Shown here: positions 48,616-63,824 of the stretch, piece after piece
How the letters are laid out: each line of letters starts with the position of its first letter
Position numbering within the stretch: position 1 is the stretch's first letter
NCBI GenBank assembly: GCA_964016885.1
Contig: OZ024741.1
Span: 323,268,001-323,332,000, forward strand
Direction: 5' to 3'
DNA: 64,000 nucleotides
DNA from: Eledone cirrhosa
Lineage: Eukaryota
The notes under the pieces: model-generated
The model's input: the letters and a program-made list of their open reading frames with translations, nothing else
The model's database searches: none
What the model was told of the DNA's origin: nothing
Program-made: the position numbers and the translations under genes

Positions 48616-48999
48616 ATTGTTTCTACTTTTGGCACAAGGCCAGCAATTATCCCAGTGTATTACTGGTACTTTATTTTATCGACCCCGTAAGGATGAAAGG
48701 CAAAGTTAACCTCGGCGGAATTTGAACTCCGACCATAAAGGGCCGTAACTCTTTGCTACAAAGCATGGCGTCCGACTCTCTACTGATACTGCCAATCCAC
48801 TGCCCTTAGTTAGAAATATAATAATTGTTTCTACTTTAGGCACAAGGCCAGCAATTACCCAGTGCATTACTGGTACTTTATTTTATCGACCCCGTAAGGA
48901 TGAAAGGCAAAGTCAACCTCGGCGGGATTTGAACTCAGATCGTAAAGGGACGTAACTATGGCGTCCGACCCTCTACCGATACTGCCAATCCACCGCCCT
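48616..48999 (-). mobile_element. Two tandem full-length MetaSINE-like SINEs
   Basis: 48616-48806 and 48823-48999, each the reverse complement of the 8053 family. Confidence 0.85.
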
Positions 49000-49164
49000 T
49001 ATTAGAAATATAATAATAAGTTAGAAATATAATAATAAAAGGTGTTTCATAAAAACAAAACAAAAACACTTGTAGGTTCTGAATATGTTAGAAGTGAAAT
49101 AATTAGTGGTAGGAATAAGTGAAGGCAACTGGCATAATGTAGTCTAAAAAAAGTCTGTCTTAAC

Positions 49165-49345
49165 CCAGAAGGCTCATTTGGCCGGTGCTTATCCCAGTTT
49201 CATGGCGTGAAGCGACTGAGAGTATAATACTCCCCCCTGGACAGGACGCCAGTCCATTGCAGGGTTAAACCCCCAGCTATTGCTGGTACTCATTCTCAGC
49301 TGAGTATACTGAAGTAACGTGAAATGAAGTGTTTTGTTCAAGGAA
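49165..49345 (-). mobile_element. SINE 3' part (Nin/Deu-like core), cut off by the satellite
   Basis: cccctggacaggacgccagtccattgcagggttaa..ggtactcatt.tcagctgagt; related copy at about 8655-8765. Confidence 0.55.
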
Positions 49346-52300
49346 TGTGTAGTAATGTGTAGTAATGTGTAGTTATGTGTAGTAATGTGTAGTAATATGT
49401 AGTAATATGTAGTAATGTGTAATAATATGTAGTAATATGTAGCAATATCTAGCAATATGTAGTAATGTGTAGTAATGTGTAGTAATATGTAGTAATGTGT
49501 AGTAATGTATAGTAATATGTAGTAATGTGTAGTAAAATATAGTAATATGTAGTAATATGTAGTTATGTGTAGTAATGTGTAGTAATGTGTAGTAAAATGT
49601 AGTAATATGTAGTAATGTGTAGTAATGTGTAGTAATGTGTAGTAATGTGTAGCAATGTGTAGTAATATGTAGTAATGTGTAGTAATGTATAGTAATATGT
49701 AGTAATGTGTAGTAAAATATAGTAATATGTAGTAATATGTAGTAATATGTAGTTATGTGTAGTAATGTGTAGTAATGTGTAGTAATGTGTAGTAATGTGT
49801 AGAAATATGTAGTAATGTGTAGTAATGTGTAGTATTGTGTAGTAATATGTAGTAATGTGTAGTAATGTGTAGTAATGTGTAGTAATATGTAGTAATGTGT
49901 AGTAATATGTAGTAATGTGTAGTAATGTGTAGTAATGTGTACTAATATGTAGTAATGTATAGTAATGTGTAGTAATATGTAGTAATATGTAGTAATGTGT
50001 AGTAATGTGTAGTAATGTTTAGTAATATGTTGCAATATGTAGTAATATATAGTAATGTGTAGTAAAGTGTAGTAATGTGTAGTAATGTGTAGTAATATGT
50101 AGTAATGTGTAGTAATGTGTAGTAATGTGTAGTAATGTGTAGCAATGTGTAGTAATGTATAGTAATATGTAGTAATGTGTAGTAATATGTAGTAATGTGT
50201 AGTAATATGTAGTAATGTGTAGTAATGTGTAGTAATATGTAGTAATATGTAGCAATATGAAGTAATATGTAGTAATGTGTACTAATATGTAGTAATGTGT
50301 AGTAATGTGTAGTAATGTGTAGTAATATGTAGTAATATGTAGCAATGTGTAGTAAAATGTAGTAATATGTAGTAATGTGTAGTAATATGTAGTAATGTGC
50401 AGTAATATGTAGTAATATGTAGTAATGTGTAGTAATGTGTAGTAATATGTAGTAATGTGTAGTAATATTTAGTAATGTGTAGTAATATGTAGTAATATGT
50501 AGTAATTTGTAGTAATGTGTAGTAATGTGTAGTAATGTGTAGTAATATGTAGTAATTTATAACAATATGTAGTAATATGTAGTAATGTGTAGTAATGTGT
50601 AGTAATATGTAGTAATGTGTAGTAATGTGTAGTAATATGTAGTAATGTGTAGTAATGTGTAGTAATGTGTTGTAATGTGTAGTAATATGTAGCAATATAT
50701 AGTAATATGTAGTAATATGTAGTAATGTGTAGTAATGTGTAGTAATGTATAGCAATATGTAGTAATCTGTAGTAATGTGTAGTAATATGTAGTAATATGT
50801 AGTAATATGTAGCAATATGTAGCAATATCTAGTAATATCTAGTAATATGTAGTAATGTGTAGTAATGTGTAGTAATGTATAGTAATATGTAGTAATGTGT
50901 AGTAAAATATAGTAATATGTAGTAATATGTAGTTATGTGTAGTAATGTGTAGTAATGTGTAGTAATGTGTAGTAAAATGTAGTAATGTGTAGTAATGTGT
51001 AGTAATGTGTAGTAATGTGTAGTATTGTGTAGTAATGTGTAGTAATATGTAGTAATATGTAGTAATGTGGAGTAATGTGTAGTAATGTGTAGTAATGTGT
51101 AGTAATGTATAGTAATATGTAGTAATGTGTAGTAAAATATAGTAATATGTAGTTATGTGTAGTAATGCGCAGTAATGTGTAGTAATGTGTAGTAAAATGT
51201 AGTAATATGTAGTAATGTGTAGTAATGTGTAGTAATGTGTAGTAATGTGTAGTAATGTGTAGTAATATGTAGTAATTTGTAGTAATATGTAGTAATATGT
51301 AGCAATATGTAGTAATGTGTAGTAATGTGTAGTAATATGTAGTAATGTGTAGTAATCTGTAGTAATGTGTAGTAATATGTAGTAATGTGTAGTAATGTGT
51401 AGTAATGTGTAGTAATATGTAGTAATGTGTAGTAATGTGTAGTAATGTGTAGTAATGTGTAGTAATATGTAGTAATGTGTAGTAATAGGTAGTAATGTGT
51501 AGTAATGTGTAGTAATGTGTAGTAATGTGTACTAATATGTAGTAATGTATAGTAATGTGTAGTAATATGTAGTAATATGTAGTAATGTGTAGTAATGTGT
51601 AGTAATGTGTACTAATATGTAGTAATGTATAGTAATGTGTAGTAATATGTAGTAATATGTAGTAATGTTTAGTAATATGTTGCAATATGTAGTAATATAT
51701 AGTAATGTGTAGTAATGTGTAGTAATGTGTAGTAATGTGTAGTAATATGTAGTAATGTGTAGTAATGTGTAGTAATATGTAGTAATGTGTAGCAATGTGT
51801 AGTAATGTATAGTAATATGTAGTAATGTGTAGCAATATGTAGTAATGTGTACTAATATGTAGTAATGTGCAGTAATGTGTAGTAATGTGTAGTAATATGT
51901 AGTAATGTGTAGTAATGTGTAGTAATGTGTAGTAATGTGTAGTAATATGTAGTAATATGTAGCAATATGAAGTAATATGTAGTAATGTGTACTAATATGA
52001 AGTAATGTGTAGTAATGTGCAGTAATATGTAGTAATGTGTAGTAATGTGTAGTAATGTGTAGTAATATGTAGTAATATGTAGTAATATGTAGTAATGTGT
52101 AGTAAAATGTAGTAATATGTAGTAATGTATAGTAATATGTAGTAATGTGTAGTAATATGTAGTAATATGTAGGAATGTGTAGTAATATGTAGTAATGTGT
52201 AGTAATGTGTAGTAATATGTAGTAATGTGTAGTAATGTGTAGTAATATGTAGTAATGTGTAGTAATATGTAGTAATGTATAGTAAAATGTAGTAATATGT

Positions 52301-55300
52301 ATTAATGTGTAGTAATGTGTAGTAATGTGTAGTAATGTGTAGTAATATGTAGTAATGTGTAGTAATGTGTAGTAATGTATAGTAATGTGTAGTAATGTAT
52401 AGTAATGTGTAGTAATATGTAGTAATATGTAGTAATGTGTAGTAATGTGTAGTAATGTGTAGTAATGTGTAGTAATATGTAGTAATTTATAGCAATACGT
52501 AGTAATATGTAGTAATGTGTAGTAATGTGTAGTAATATGTAGTAATGTGTAGTAATGTGTAGTAATATGTAGTAATGTGTAGTAATGTGTAGTAATGTGT
52601 AGTAATGTGTAGTAATATGTAGCAATATATAGTAATATGTAGTAATATGTAGTAATATGTAGTAATGTGTAGTAATATGTAGTAATGTGTAGTAATGTGT
52701 AGTAATATGTAGTAATGTGTAGTAATATGTAGTAATGTGTAGTAATGTGTAGTAATATGTACTAATGTGTAGTAATGTGTAGTAATGTGTAGTAATGTGT
52801 AGTAATATGTAGCCATATATAGTAATATGTAGTAATATGTAGTAATGTGTAGTAATGTGTAGTAATGTGTAGTAATATGTAGTAATTTATAGCAATATGT
52901 AGTAATATGTAGTAATGTGTAGTAATGTGTAGTAATGTGTAGTAATATGTAGCAATATGTAGTAATTTGTAGTAATGTGTAGTAATGTGTAGTAATGTGT
53001 AGTAATGTGTAGTAATGTGTAGTAATATGTAGTAATCTGTAGCAATATGTAGTAATGTGTAGTAATGTGTAGTAATGTGTAGTAATGTGTAGTAATGTGT
53101 AGTAATATGTAGTAATGTGTAGTAATATGTAGTAATGTGTAGTAATATGTAGTAATGTGTAGTAATGTGTAGTAATATGTAGTAATGTGTAGTAATGTGT
53201 AGTAAAATGTAGTAATATGTAGCAATATGTAGTAATTTGTAGTAATGTGTAGTAATGTGTAGTAATATGTAGTAATGTGTAGTAATGTGTAGTAATATGT
53301 AGTAATGTGTTGTAATATGTATTAATATGTAGTAATGTGTAGTAATGTGTAGTAATGTGTAGTAAAATATAGTAATATGTAGTAATATGTAGTAATATGT
53401 AGTAATATGTAGTAATGTGTAGTAATGTGTAGTAATGTGTAGTAATGTGTAGTAATATGTAGTAATATGTAGTAATGTGTAGTAATGTGTAGTAATGTGT
53501 AGTAATGTGTAGTAATATGTAGTAATGTGTAGTAAAATGTAGTAATATGTAGTAATTTGTAGTAATGTGTAGTAATGTGTAGTAATATGTAGTAATGTGT
53601 AGTAATATGTAGTAATCTGTAGCAATATGTAGTAATGTGTAGTAATGTGTAGTAATGTGTAGTAATGTGTAGTAATATGTAGTAATGTGTAGTAATATGT
53701 AGTAATGTGTAGTAATGTGTAGTAATGTGTAGTAATATGTAGTAATGTGTAGTAATATGTAGTAATGTGTAGTAATGTGTAGTAATATGTAGTAATGTGT
53801 AGTAATGTGTAGTAATATGTAGTAATGTGTAGTAATGTGTACTAATATGTAGTAATGTATAGTAATGTGTAGTAATATGTAGTAATATGTAGTAATGTGA
53901 AGTAATGTGTAGTAATGTGTAGTAATATGTAGCAATATATAGTAATATATAGTAATGTGTAGTAATATGTAGTAATCTGTAGTAATGTGTAGTAATGTGT
54001 AGTAATATGTAGTAATGTGTAGTAATATGTAGTAATGTGTAGTAATGTGGAGTAATATGTAGTAATTTGTAGTAATGTGTAGTAATGTGTAGTAATATGT
54101 AGTAATGTGTAGTAATATGTAGTAATGTGTAGTAATATGTAGCAATATGTAGTAATATATAGTAATGTGTAGTAATGTTTAGTAATGTGTAGTAATGTGT
54201 AGTAATATGTAGTAATGTATAGTAATATGTAGTAATATATAGCAATATGTAGTAATATGTAGTAATTTGTAGTAATATGTAGTAATGTGTAGTAATGTGT
54301 AGTAATGTGTAGTAATGTGTAGTAATATGTAGTAATATGTAGTAATGTGTAGTAATATGTAGCAATATCTAGTAATATGTAGTAATGTGTATTAACGTGT
54401 AGTAATGTGTAGTAATGTGTAGTAATGTGTAGTAATATGTAGTAATATGTAGCAATATGAAGTAATATGTAGTAATGTGTACTAATATGAAGTAATGTGT
54501 AGTAATGTGCAGTAATATGTAGTAATGTGTAGTAATGTGTAGTAATGTGTAGTAATATGTAGTAATATGTAGTAATATGTAGTAATGTGTAGTAAAATGT
54601 AGTAATATGTAGTAATGTATAGTAATATGTAGTAATGTGTAGTAATATGTAGTAATATGTAGGAATGTGTAGTAATATGTAGTAATGTGTAGTAATGTGT
54701 AGTAATATGTAGTAATGTGTAGTAATGTGTAGTAATATGTAGTAATGTGTAGTAATATGTAGTAATGTATAGTAAAATGTAGTAATATGTATTAATGTGT
54801 AGTAATGTGTAGTAATGTGTAGTAATGTGTAGTAATATGTAGTAATGTGTAGTAATGTGTAGTAATGTATAGTAATGTGTAGTAATGTATAGTAATGTGT
54901 AGTAATATGTAGTAATATGTAGTAATGTGTAGTAATGTGTAGTAATGTGTAGTAATGTGTAGTAATATGTAGTAATTTATAGCAATACGTAGTAATATGT
55001 AGTAATGTGTAGTAATGTGTAGTAATATGTAGTAATGTGTAGTAATGTGTAGTAATATGTAGTAATGTGTAGTAATGTGTAGTAATGTGTAGTAATGTGT
55101 AGTAATATGTAGCAATATATAGTAATATGTAGTAATATGTAGTAATATGTAGTAATGTGTAGTAATATGTAGTAATGTGTAGTAATGTGTAGTAATATGT
55201 AGTAATGTGTAGTAATATGTAGTAATGTGTAGTAATGTGTAGTAATATGTACTAATGTGTAGTAATGTGTAGTAATGTGTAGTAATGTGTAGTAATATGT

Positions 55301-58300
55301 AGCCATATATAGTAATATGTAGTAATATGTAGTAATGTGTAGTAATGTGTAGTAATGTGTAGTAATATGTAGTAATTTATAGCAATATGTAGTAATATGT
55401 AGTAATGTGTAGTAATGTGTAGTAATGTGTAGTAATATGTAGCAATATGTAGTAATTTGTAGTAATGTGTAGTAATGTGTAGTAATGTGTAGTAATGTGT
55501 AGTAATGTGTAGTAATATGTAGTAATCTGTAGCAATATGTAGTAATGTGTAGTAATGTGTAGTAATGTGTAGTAATGTGTAGTAATGTGTAGTAATATGT
55601 AGTAATGTGTAGTAATATGTAGTAATGTGTAGTAATATGTAGTAATGTGTAGTAATGTGTAGTAATATGTAGTAATGTGTAGTAATGTGTAGTAAAATGT
55701 AGTAATATGTAGCAATATGTAGTAATTTGTAGTAATGTGTAGTAATGTGTAGTAATATGTAGTAATGTGTAGTAATGTGTAGTAATATGTAGTAATGTGT
55801 TGTAATATGTATTAATATGTAGTAATGTGTAGTAATGTGTAGTAATGTGTAGTAAAATATAGTAATATGTAGTAATATGTAGTAATATGTAGTAATATGT
55901 AGTAATGTGTAGTAATGTGTAGTAATGTGTAGTAATGTGTAGTAATATGTAGTAATATGTAGTAATGTGTAGTAATGTGTAGTAATGTGTAGTAATGTGT
56001 AGTAATATGTAGTAATGTGTAGTAAAATGTAGTAATATGTAGTAATTTGTAGTAATGTGTAGTAATGTGTAGTAATATGTAGTAATGTGTAGTAATATGT
56101 AGTAATCTGTAGCAATATGTAGTAATGTGTAGTAATGTGTAGTAATGTGTAGTAATGTGTAGTAATATGTAGTAATGTGTAGTAATATGTAGTAATGTGT
56201 AGTAATGTGTAGTAATGTGTAGTAATATGTAGTAATGTGTAGTAATATGTAGTAATGTGTAGTAATGTGTAGTAATATGTAGTAATGTGTAGTAATGTGT
56301 AGTAATATGTAGTAATGTGTAGTAATGTGTACTAATATGTAGTAATGTATAGTAATGTGTAGTAATATGTAGTAATATGTAGTAATGTGAAGTAATGTGT
56401 AGTAATGTGTAGTAATATGTAGCAATATATAGTAATATATAGTAATGTGTCGTAATATGTAGTAATCTGTAGTAATGTGTAGTAATGTGTAGTAATATGT
56501 AGTAATGTGTAGTAATATGTAGTAATGTGTAGTAATGTGGAGTAATATGTAGTAATTTGTAGTAATGTGTAGTAATGTGTAGTAATATGTAGTAATGTGT
56601 AGTAATATGTAGTAATGTGTAGTAATATGTAGCAATATGTAGTAATATATAGTAATGTGTAGTAATGTTTAGTAATGTGTAGTAATGTGTAGTAATATGT
56701 AGTAATGTATAGTAATATGTAGTAATATATAGCAATATGTAGTAATATGTAGTAATTTGTAGTAATATGTAGTAATGTGTAGTAATGTGTAGTAATGTGT
56801 AGTAATGTGTAGTAATATGTAGTAATATGTAGTAATGTGTAGTAATATGTAGCAATATCTAGTAATATGTAGTAATGTGTAGTAATGTGTAGTAATATGT
56901 AGTAATATGTAGTAATGTGTAGTAGTATGTAGTAATGTGTAGTAATATGTAGTAATGTGTAGTAATGTATAGTAAAATGTAGTAATGTGTAGTAATGTGT
57001 TATAATGTGTAGTAATATGTAGTAATGTGTAGTAATGTGTAGTAATGTGTAGTAATATGTAGTAATATGTAGTAATTTGTAGTAATGTGTAGTAATGTGT
57101 AGTAATGTGTAGTAATGTGTAGTAATGTGTAGTAATGTGTAGTAATGTGTAGTAATGTGTAGTAATATGTAGTAATTTATAGCAATATGTAGTAATGTGT
57201 AGTAATGTGTAGTAATGTGTAGTAATGTGTAGTAATGTGTAGTAATATGTAGTAATGTGTAGTAATATGTAGTAATGTGTAGTAATATGTAGTAATGTGT
57301 AGTAATGTGTAGTAATATGTAGTAATGTGTAGTAATGTGTAGTAAAATGTAGTAATATGTAGCAACATGTAGTAATTTGTAGTAATGTGTAGTAATGTGT
57401 AGTAATGTGTAGTAATATGTAGTAATGTGTAGTAATGTGTAGTAATATGTAGTAATGTGTAGTAATGTGTAGTAATGTGTAGTAAAATGTAGTAATATGT
57501 AGTAATTTGTAGTAATATGTAGTAATGTGTAGTAATGTGTAGTAATGTGTAGTAATGTGTAGTAATATGTAGTAATGTGTAGTAATGTGTAGTAATATGT
57601 AGTAATGTGTAGTAAAATGTAGTAATATGTAGTAATTTGTAGTAATGTGTAGTAATGTGTAGTAATATGTAGTAATGTGTAGTAATATGTAGTAATCTGT
57701 AGCAATATGTAGTAATGTGTAGTAATGTGTAGTAATATGTAGTAGTGTGTAGTAATGTGTAGTAATATGTAGTAATTTGTAGTAATGTGTAGTAATGTGT
57801 AGTAATATGTAGTAATGTGTAGTAATATGTAGTAATGTGTAGTAATATGTAGTAATGTGTAGCAAAATGTAGTAATATGTAGTAATTTGTAGTAATGTGT
57901 AGTAATGTGTAGTAATATGTAGTAATGTGTAGTAATATGTAGTAATCTGTAGCAATATGTAGTAATGTGTAGTAATGTGTAGTAATGTGTAGTAATGTGT
58001 AGTAATGTGTAGTAATATGTAGTAATGTGTAGTAATATGTAGTAATGTGTAGTAATGTGTAGTAATGTGTAGTAATGTGTCGTAATATGTAGTAATATGT
58101 AGTAATGTGTAGTAATGTGTACTAATATGTAGTAATGTATAGTAATGTGTAGTAATATGTAGTAATGTAGTAATGTGTAGTAATGTGTAGTAATGTGTAG
58201 TAATGTGTAGTAATATGTAGTAATCTGTAGCAATATGTAGTAATGTGTAGTAATGTGTAGTAATGTGTAGTAATGTGTAGTAATGTGTAGTAATATGTAG

Positions 58301-61300
58301 TAATCTGTAGCAATATGTAGTAATGTGAGAGTCGGCTTTATTCGTAGTGATTTTTTGGGGCGGTGTTAACTTTAACATGTGTAGTAATGTGTAGTAATGT
58401 GTAATAATGTGTAGTAATGTGTAGTAATATGTAGTAATGTGTAGTAATATGTAGTAATGTGTAGTAATATGTAGCAATATGTAGTAATATATAGTAATGT
58501 GTAGTAATGTGTAGTAATGTGTAGTAATGTGTAGTAATATGTAGTAATGTGTAGTAATGTGTAGTAATATGTAGTAATTTGTAGTAATATGTAGTAATGT
58601 GTAGTAATGTGTAGTAATGTGTAGTAATGTGTAGTAATGTGTAGTAATGTGTAGTAATATGTAGTAATATGTAGTAATGTGTAGTAATATGTAGCAATAT
58701 CTAGTAATATGTAGTAATGTGTAGTAATGTGTAGTAATATGTAGTAATGTGTAGTAATATGTAGTAATGTGTAGTAATGTATAGTAAAATGTAGTAATGT
58801 GTAGTAATATGTAGTAATGTGTAGTAATATGTAGTAATATGTAGTAATGTGTAGTAATGTGTAGTAATATGTAGTAATGTGTAGTAATGTGTAGTAATGT
58901 GTAGTAATGTGTAGTAATATGTAGTAATATGTAGTAATATGTAGTAATATGTAGTAATGTGTTGCAATATGTAGTAATATGTAGTAATCTGTAGCAATAT
59001 GTAGTAATGTATTATAATGTGTAGTAATATGTAGTAATGTGTAGTAATGTGTAGTAATGTGTAGTAATATGTAGTAATGTGTAGTAATATGTAGTAATGT
59101 GTAGTAATGTGTAGTAATGTGTAGTAATATGTAGTAATATGTAGTAATGTGTTGTAAAATGTAGTAATATGTAGTAATGTGTAGTAATATGTAGTAATGT
59201 GTAGTAATATGTAGTAATGTGTAGTAATGTGAAGTAATGTGTAGTAATGTGTAGTAATATGTAGCAATATATAGTAATATATAGTAATGTGTCGTAATAT
59301 GTAGTAATCTGTAGTAATGTGTAGTAATGTGTAGTAATATGTAGTAATGTGTAGTAATATGTAGTAATGTGTAGTAATGTGGAGTAATATGTAGTAATTT
59401 GTAGTAATGTGTAGTAATGTGTAGTAATATGTAGTAATGTGTAGTAATATGTAGTAATGTGTAGTAATATGTAGCAATATGTAGTAATATATAGTAATGT
59501 GTAGTAATGTTTAGTAATGTGTAGTAATGTGTAGTAATATGTAGTAATGTATAGTAATATGTAGTAATATATAGCAATATGTAGTAATATGTAGTAATTT
59601 GTAGTAATATGTAGTAATGTGTAGTAATGTGTAGTAATGTGTAGTAATGTGTAGTAATATGTAGTAATATGTAGTAATGTGTAGTAATATGTAGCAATAT
59701 CTAGTAATATGTAGTAATGTGTAGTAATGTGTAGTAATATGTAGTAATATGTAGTAATGTGTAGTAGTATGTAGTAATGTGTAGTAATATGTAGTAATGT
59801 GTAGTAATGTATAGTAAAATGTAGTAATGTGTAGTAATGTGTTATAATGTGTAGTAATATGTAGTAATGTGTAGTAATGTGTAGTAATGTGTAGTAATAT
59901 GTAGTAATATGTAGTAATTTGTAGTAATGTGTAGTAATGTGTAGTAATGTGTAGTAATGTGTAGTAATGTGTAGTAATGTGTAGTAATGTGTAGTAATGT
60001 GTAGTAATATGTAGTAATTTATAGCAATATGTAGTAATGTGTAGTAATGTGTAGTAATGTGTAGTAATGTGTAGTAATGTGTAGTAATATGTAGTAATGT
60101 GTAGTAATATGTAGTAATGTGTAGTAATATGTAGTAATGTGTAGTAATGTGTAGTAATATGTAGTAATGTGTAGTAATGTGTAGTAAAATGTAGTAATAT
60201 GTAGCAACATGTAGTAATTTGTAGTAATGTGTAGTAATGTGTAGTAATGTGTAGTAATATGTAGTAATGTGTAGTAATGTGTAGTAATATGTAGTAATGT
60301 GTAGTAATGTGTAGTAATGTGTAGTAAAATGTAGTAATATGTAGTAATTTGTAGTAATATGTAGTAATGTGTAGTAATGTGTAGTAATGTGTAGTAATGT
60401 GTAGTAATATGTAGTAATGTGTAGTAATGTGTAGTAATATGTAGTAATGTGTAGTAAAATGTAGTAATATGTAGTAATTTGTAGTAATGTGTAGTAATGT
60501 GTAGTAATATGTAGTAATGTGTAGTAATATGTAGTAATCTGTAGCAATATGTAGTAATGTGTAGTAATGTGTAGTAATATGTAGTAGTGTGTAGTAATGT
60601 GTAGTAATATGTAGTAATTTGTAGTAATGTGTAGTAATGTGTAGTAATATGTAGTAATGTGTAGTAATATGTAGTAATGTGTAGTAATATGTAGTAATGT
60701 GTAGCAAAATGTAGTAATATGTAGTAATTTGTAGTAATGTGTAGTAATGTGTAGTAATATGTAGTAATGTGTAGTAATATGTAGTAATCTGTAGCAATAT
60801 GTAGTAATGTGTAGTAATGTGTAGTAATGTGTAGTAATGTGTAGTAATGTGTAGTAATATGTAGTAATGTGTAGTAATATGTAGTAATGTGTAGTAATGT
60901 GTAGTAATGTGTAGTAATGTGTCGTAATATGTAGTAATATGTAGTAATGTGTAGTAATGTGTACTAATATGTAGTAATGTATAGTAATGTGTAGTAATAT
61001 GTAGTAATGTAGTAATGTGTAGTAATGTGTAGTAATGTGTAGTAATGTGTAGTAATATGTAGTAATCTGTAGCAATATGTAGTAATGTGTAGTAATGTGT
61101 AGTAATGTGTAGTAATGTGTAGTAATGTGTAGTAATATGTAGTAATCTGTAGCAATATGTAGTAATGTGAGAGTCGGCTTTATTCGTAGTGATTTTTTGG
61201 GGCGGTGTTAACTTTAACATGTGTAGTAATGTGTAGTAATGTGTAATAATGTGTAGTAATGTGTAGTAATATGTAGTAATGTGTAGTAATATGTAGTAAT

Positions 61301-62812
61301 GTGTAGTAATATGTAGCAATATGTAGTAATATATAGTAATGTGTAGTAATGTGTAGTAATGTGTAGTAATGTGTAGTAATATGTAGTAATGTGTAGTAAT
61401 GTGTAGTAATATGTAGTAATTTGTAGTAATATGTAGTAATGTGTAGTAATGTGTAGTAATGTGTAGTAATGTGTAGTAATGTGTAGTAATGTGTAGTAAT
61501 ATGTAGTAATATGTAGTAATGTGTAGTAATATGTAGCAATATCTAGTAATATGTAGTAATGTGTAGTAATGTGTAGTAATATGTAGTAATGTGTAGTAAT
61601 ATGTAGTAATGTGTAGTAATGTATAGTAAAATGTAGTAATGTGTAGTAATATGTAGTAATGTGTAGTAATATGTAGTAATATGTAGTAATGTGTAGTAAT
61701 GTGTAGTAATATGTAGTAATGTGTAGTAATGTGTAGTAATGTGTAGTAATGTGTAGTAATATGTAGTAATATGTAGTAATATGTAGTAATATGTAGTAAT
61801 GTGTTGCAATATGTAGTAATATGTAGTAATCTGTAGCAATATGTAGTAATGTATTATAATGTGTAGTAATATGTAGTAATGTGTAGTAATGTGTAGTAAT
61901 GTGTAGTAATATGTAGTAATGTGTAGTAATATGTAGTAATGTGTAGTAATGTGTAGTAATGTGTAGTAATATGTAGTAATATGTAGTAATGTGTTGTAAA
62001 ATGTAGTAATATGTAGTAATGTGTAGTAATATGTAGTAATGTGTAGTAATATGTAGTAATGTGTAGTAATGTGTAGTAATATGTAGTAATATGTAGTAAT
62101 GTGTAGTAATGTGTAGTAATATGTAGTAATGTGTAGTAATATGTAGTAATGTGTAGTAATATGTAGTAATGTGTAGTAAACTGTAGTAATATGTAGTAAT
62201 GTGTAGTAATATGTAGTAATGTGTAGTAATATATAGTAATGTGTAGTAATGTGTAGTAATATGTAGTAATATGTAGTAATGTGTAGTAATGTGTAGTAAT
62301 ATGTAGTAATGTGTAGTAATATGTAGTAATGTGTAGCAATATGTAGTAATGTGTAGTAATGTGTAGTAATATGTAGTAATATGTAGGAATGTGTAGTAAT
62401 ATGTAGTAATGTGTAGTAATGTGTAGTAATATGTCGTAATGTGTAGTAATATGTAGCAATATCTAGTAATATGTAGTAATGTGTATTAACGTGTAGTAAT
62501 ATGTAGTAATGTGTAGTAATGTGTAGTAATATGTAGTAATGTGTAGTAATGTGTAGTAATATGTAGTAATGTGTAGTAATATGTAGTAATATGTAGTAAT
62601 GTGTAGTAATGTGTAGTAATATGTAGTAATGTGTAGTAATGTGTAGTAATGTGTAGTAATATGTAATAATATGTAGTAATGTGTAGTAATATGTAGTAAT
62701 GTGTAGTAATATGTAGTAATGTGTAGTAATATGTAGTAATGTGTAGTAATGTGTAGTAATATGTAATAATGTGTAGTAATATGTAGGAATGTGTAGTAAT
62801 GTATAGTAATAT
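49346..62812. repeat. 13.5-kb satellite of 10-bp unit AGTAATRTGT
   Basis: Direct reading; phase changes only near 58167, 58328, 61009 and 61170. Confidence 0.98.
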
Positions 62813-63249
62813 ACATATTTTTATATGTTACACTCTAAGAATTAACTAAGTGAAATAGCGTAAAAATAAAGGCTTCGTTGGTTTAAGCTATTTTTATAAA
62901 GGATGCCACAGAATGTACGATATATAATGATTACAATATTTTTTAGCAACAACTCTAGTCCCACACTTTTGAAGGTTTATTATAACATTCTGTGGCACTT
63001 TTGAGCTTGCGCATTTTTCATGTCTAGTATATCTATCTCTATCTATTTCCTCTATCTATATATATCTCTCTCTGTTTCTTTACATGAAGTTCTTCTCTTT
63101 ATCTATCTTTCCATCTCTCTATTTTGTTCCATGCATTTCTTCTTTTTCTTCTTTTTCTTCGTTTTCTTTCTTTCTTTTCTTTCTTTCCTTTTTTCTCTCT
63201 TTCTTTCTTTCTGTTTACAATTTTTTCACTGCCAAATCAACTTTTCAAA

Positions 63250-63517
<268 letters not shown>

Positions 63518-63518
63518 G

Positions 63519-63753
<235 letters not shown>

Positions 63754-63824
63754 ATATATATGTATATATATATATATATGTATATATGTATATATATATA
63801 TACATATATGTATATATGTATATA

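Noticed and set aside
49346-62812. CRISPR-like or telomeric array
   Set aside because: No unique spacers between repeats, no cas genes, and the unit is not TTAGGG-like.
49373-62816. LLHITTHYY-repeat ORFs
   Set aside because: Translations of the 10-bp satellite, appearing in all three minus frames.
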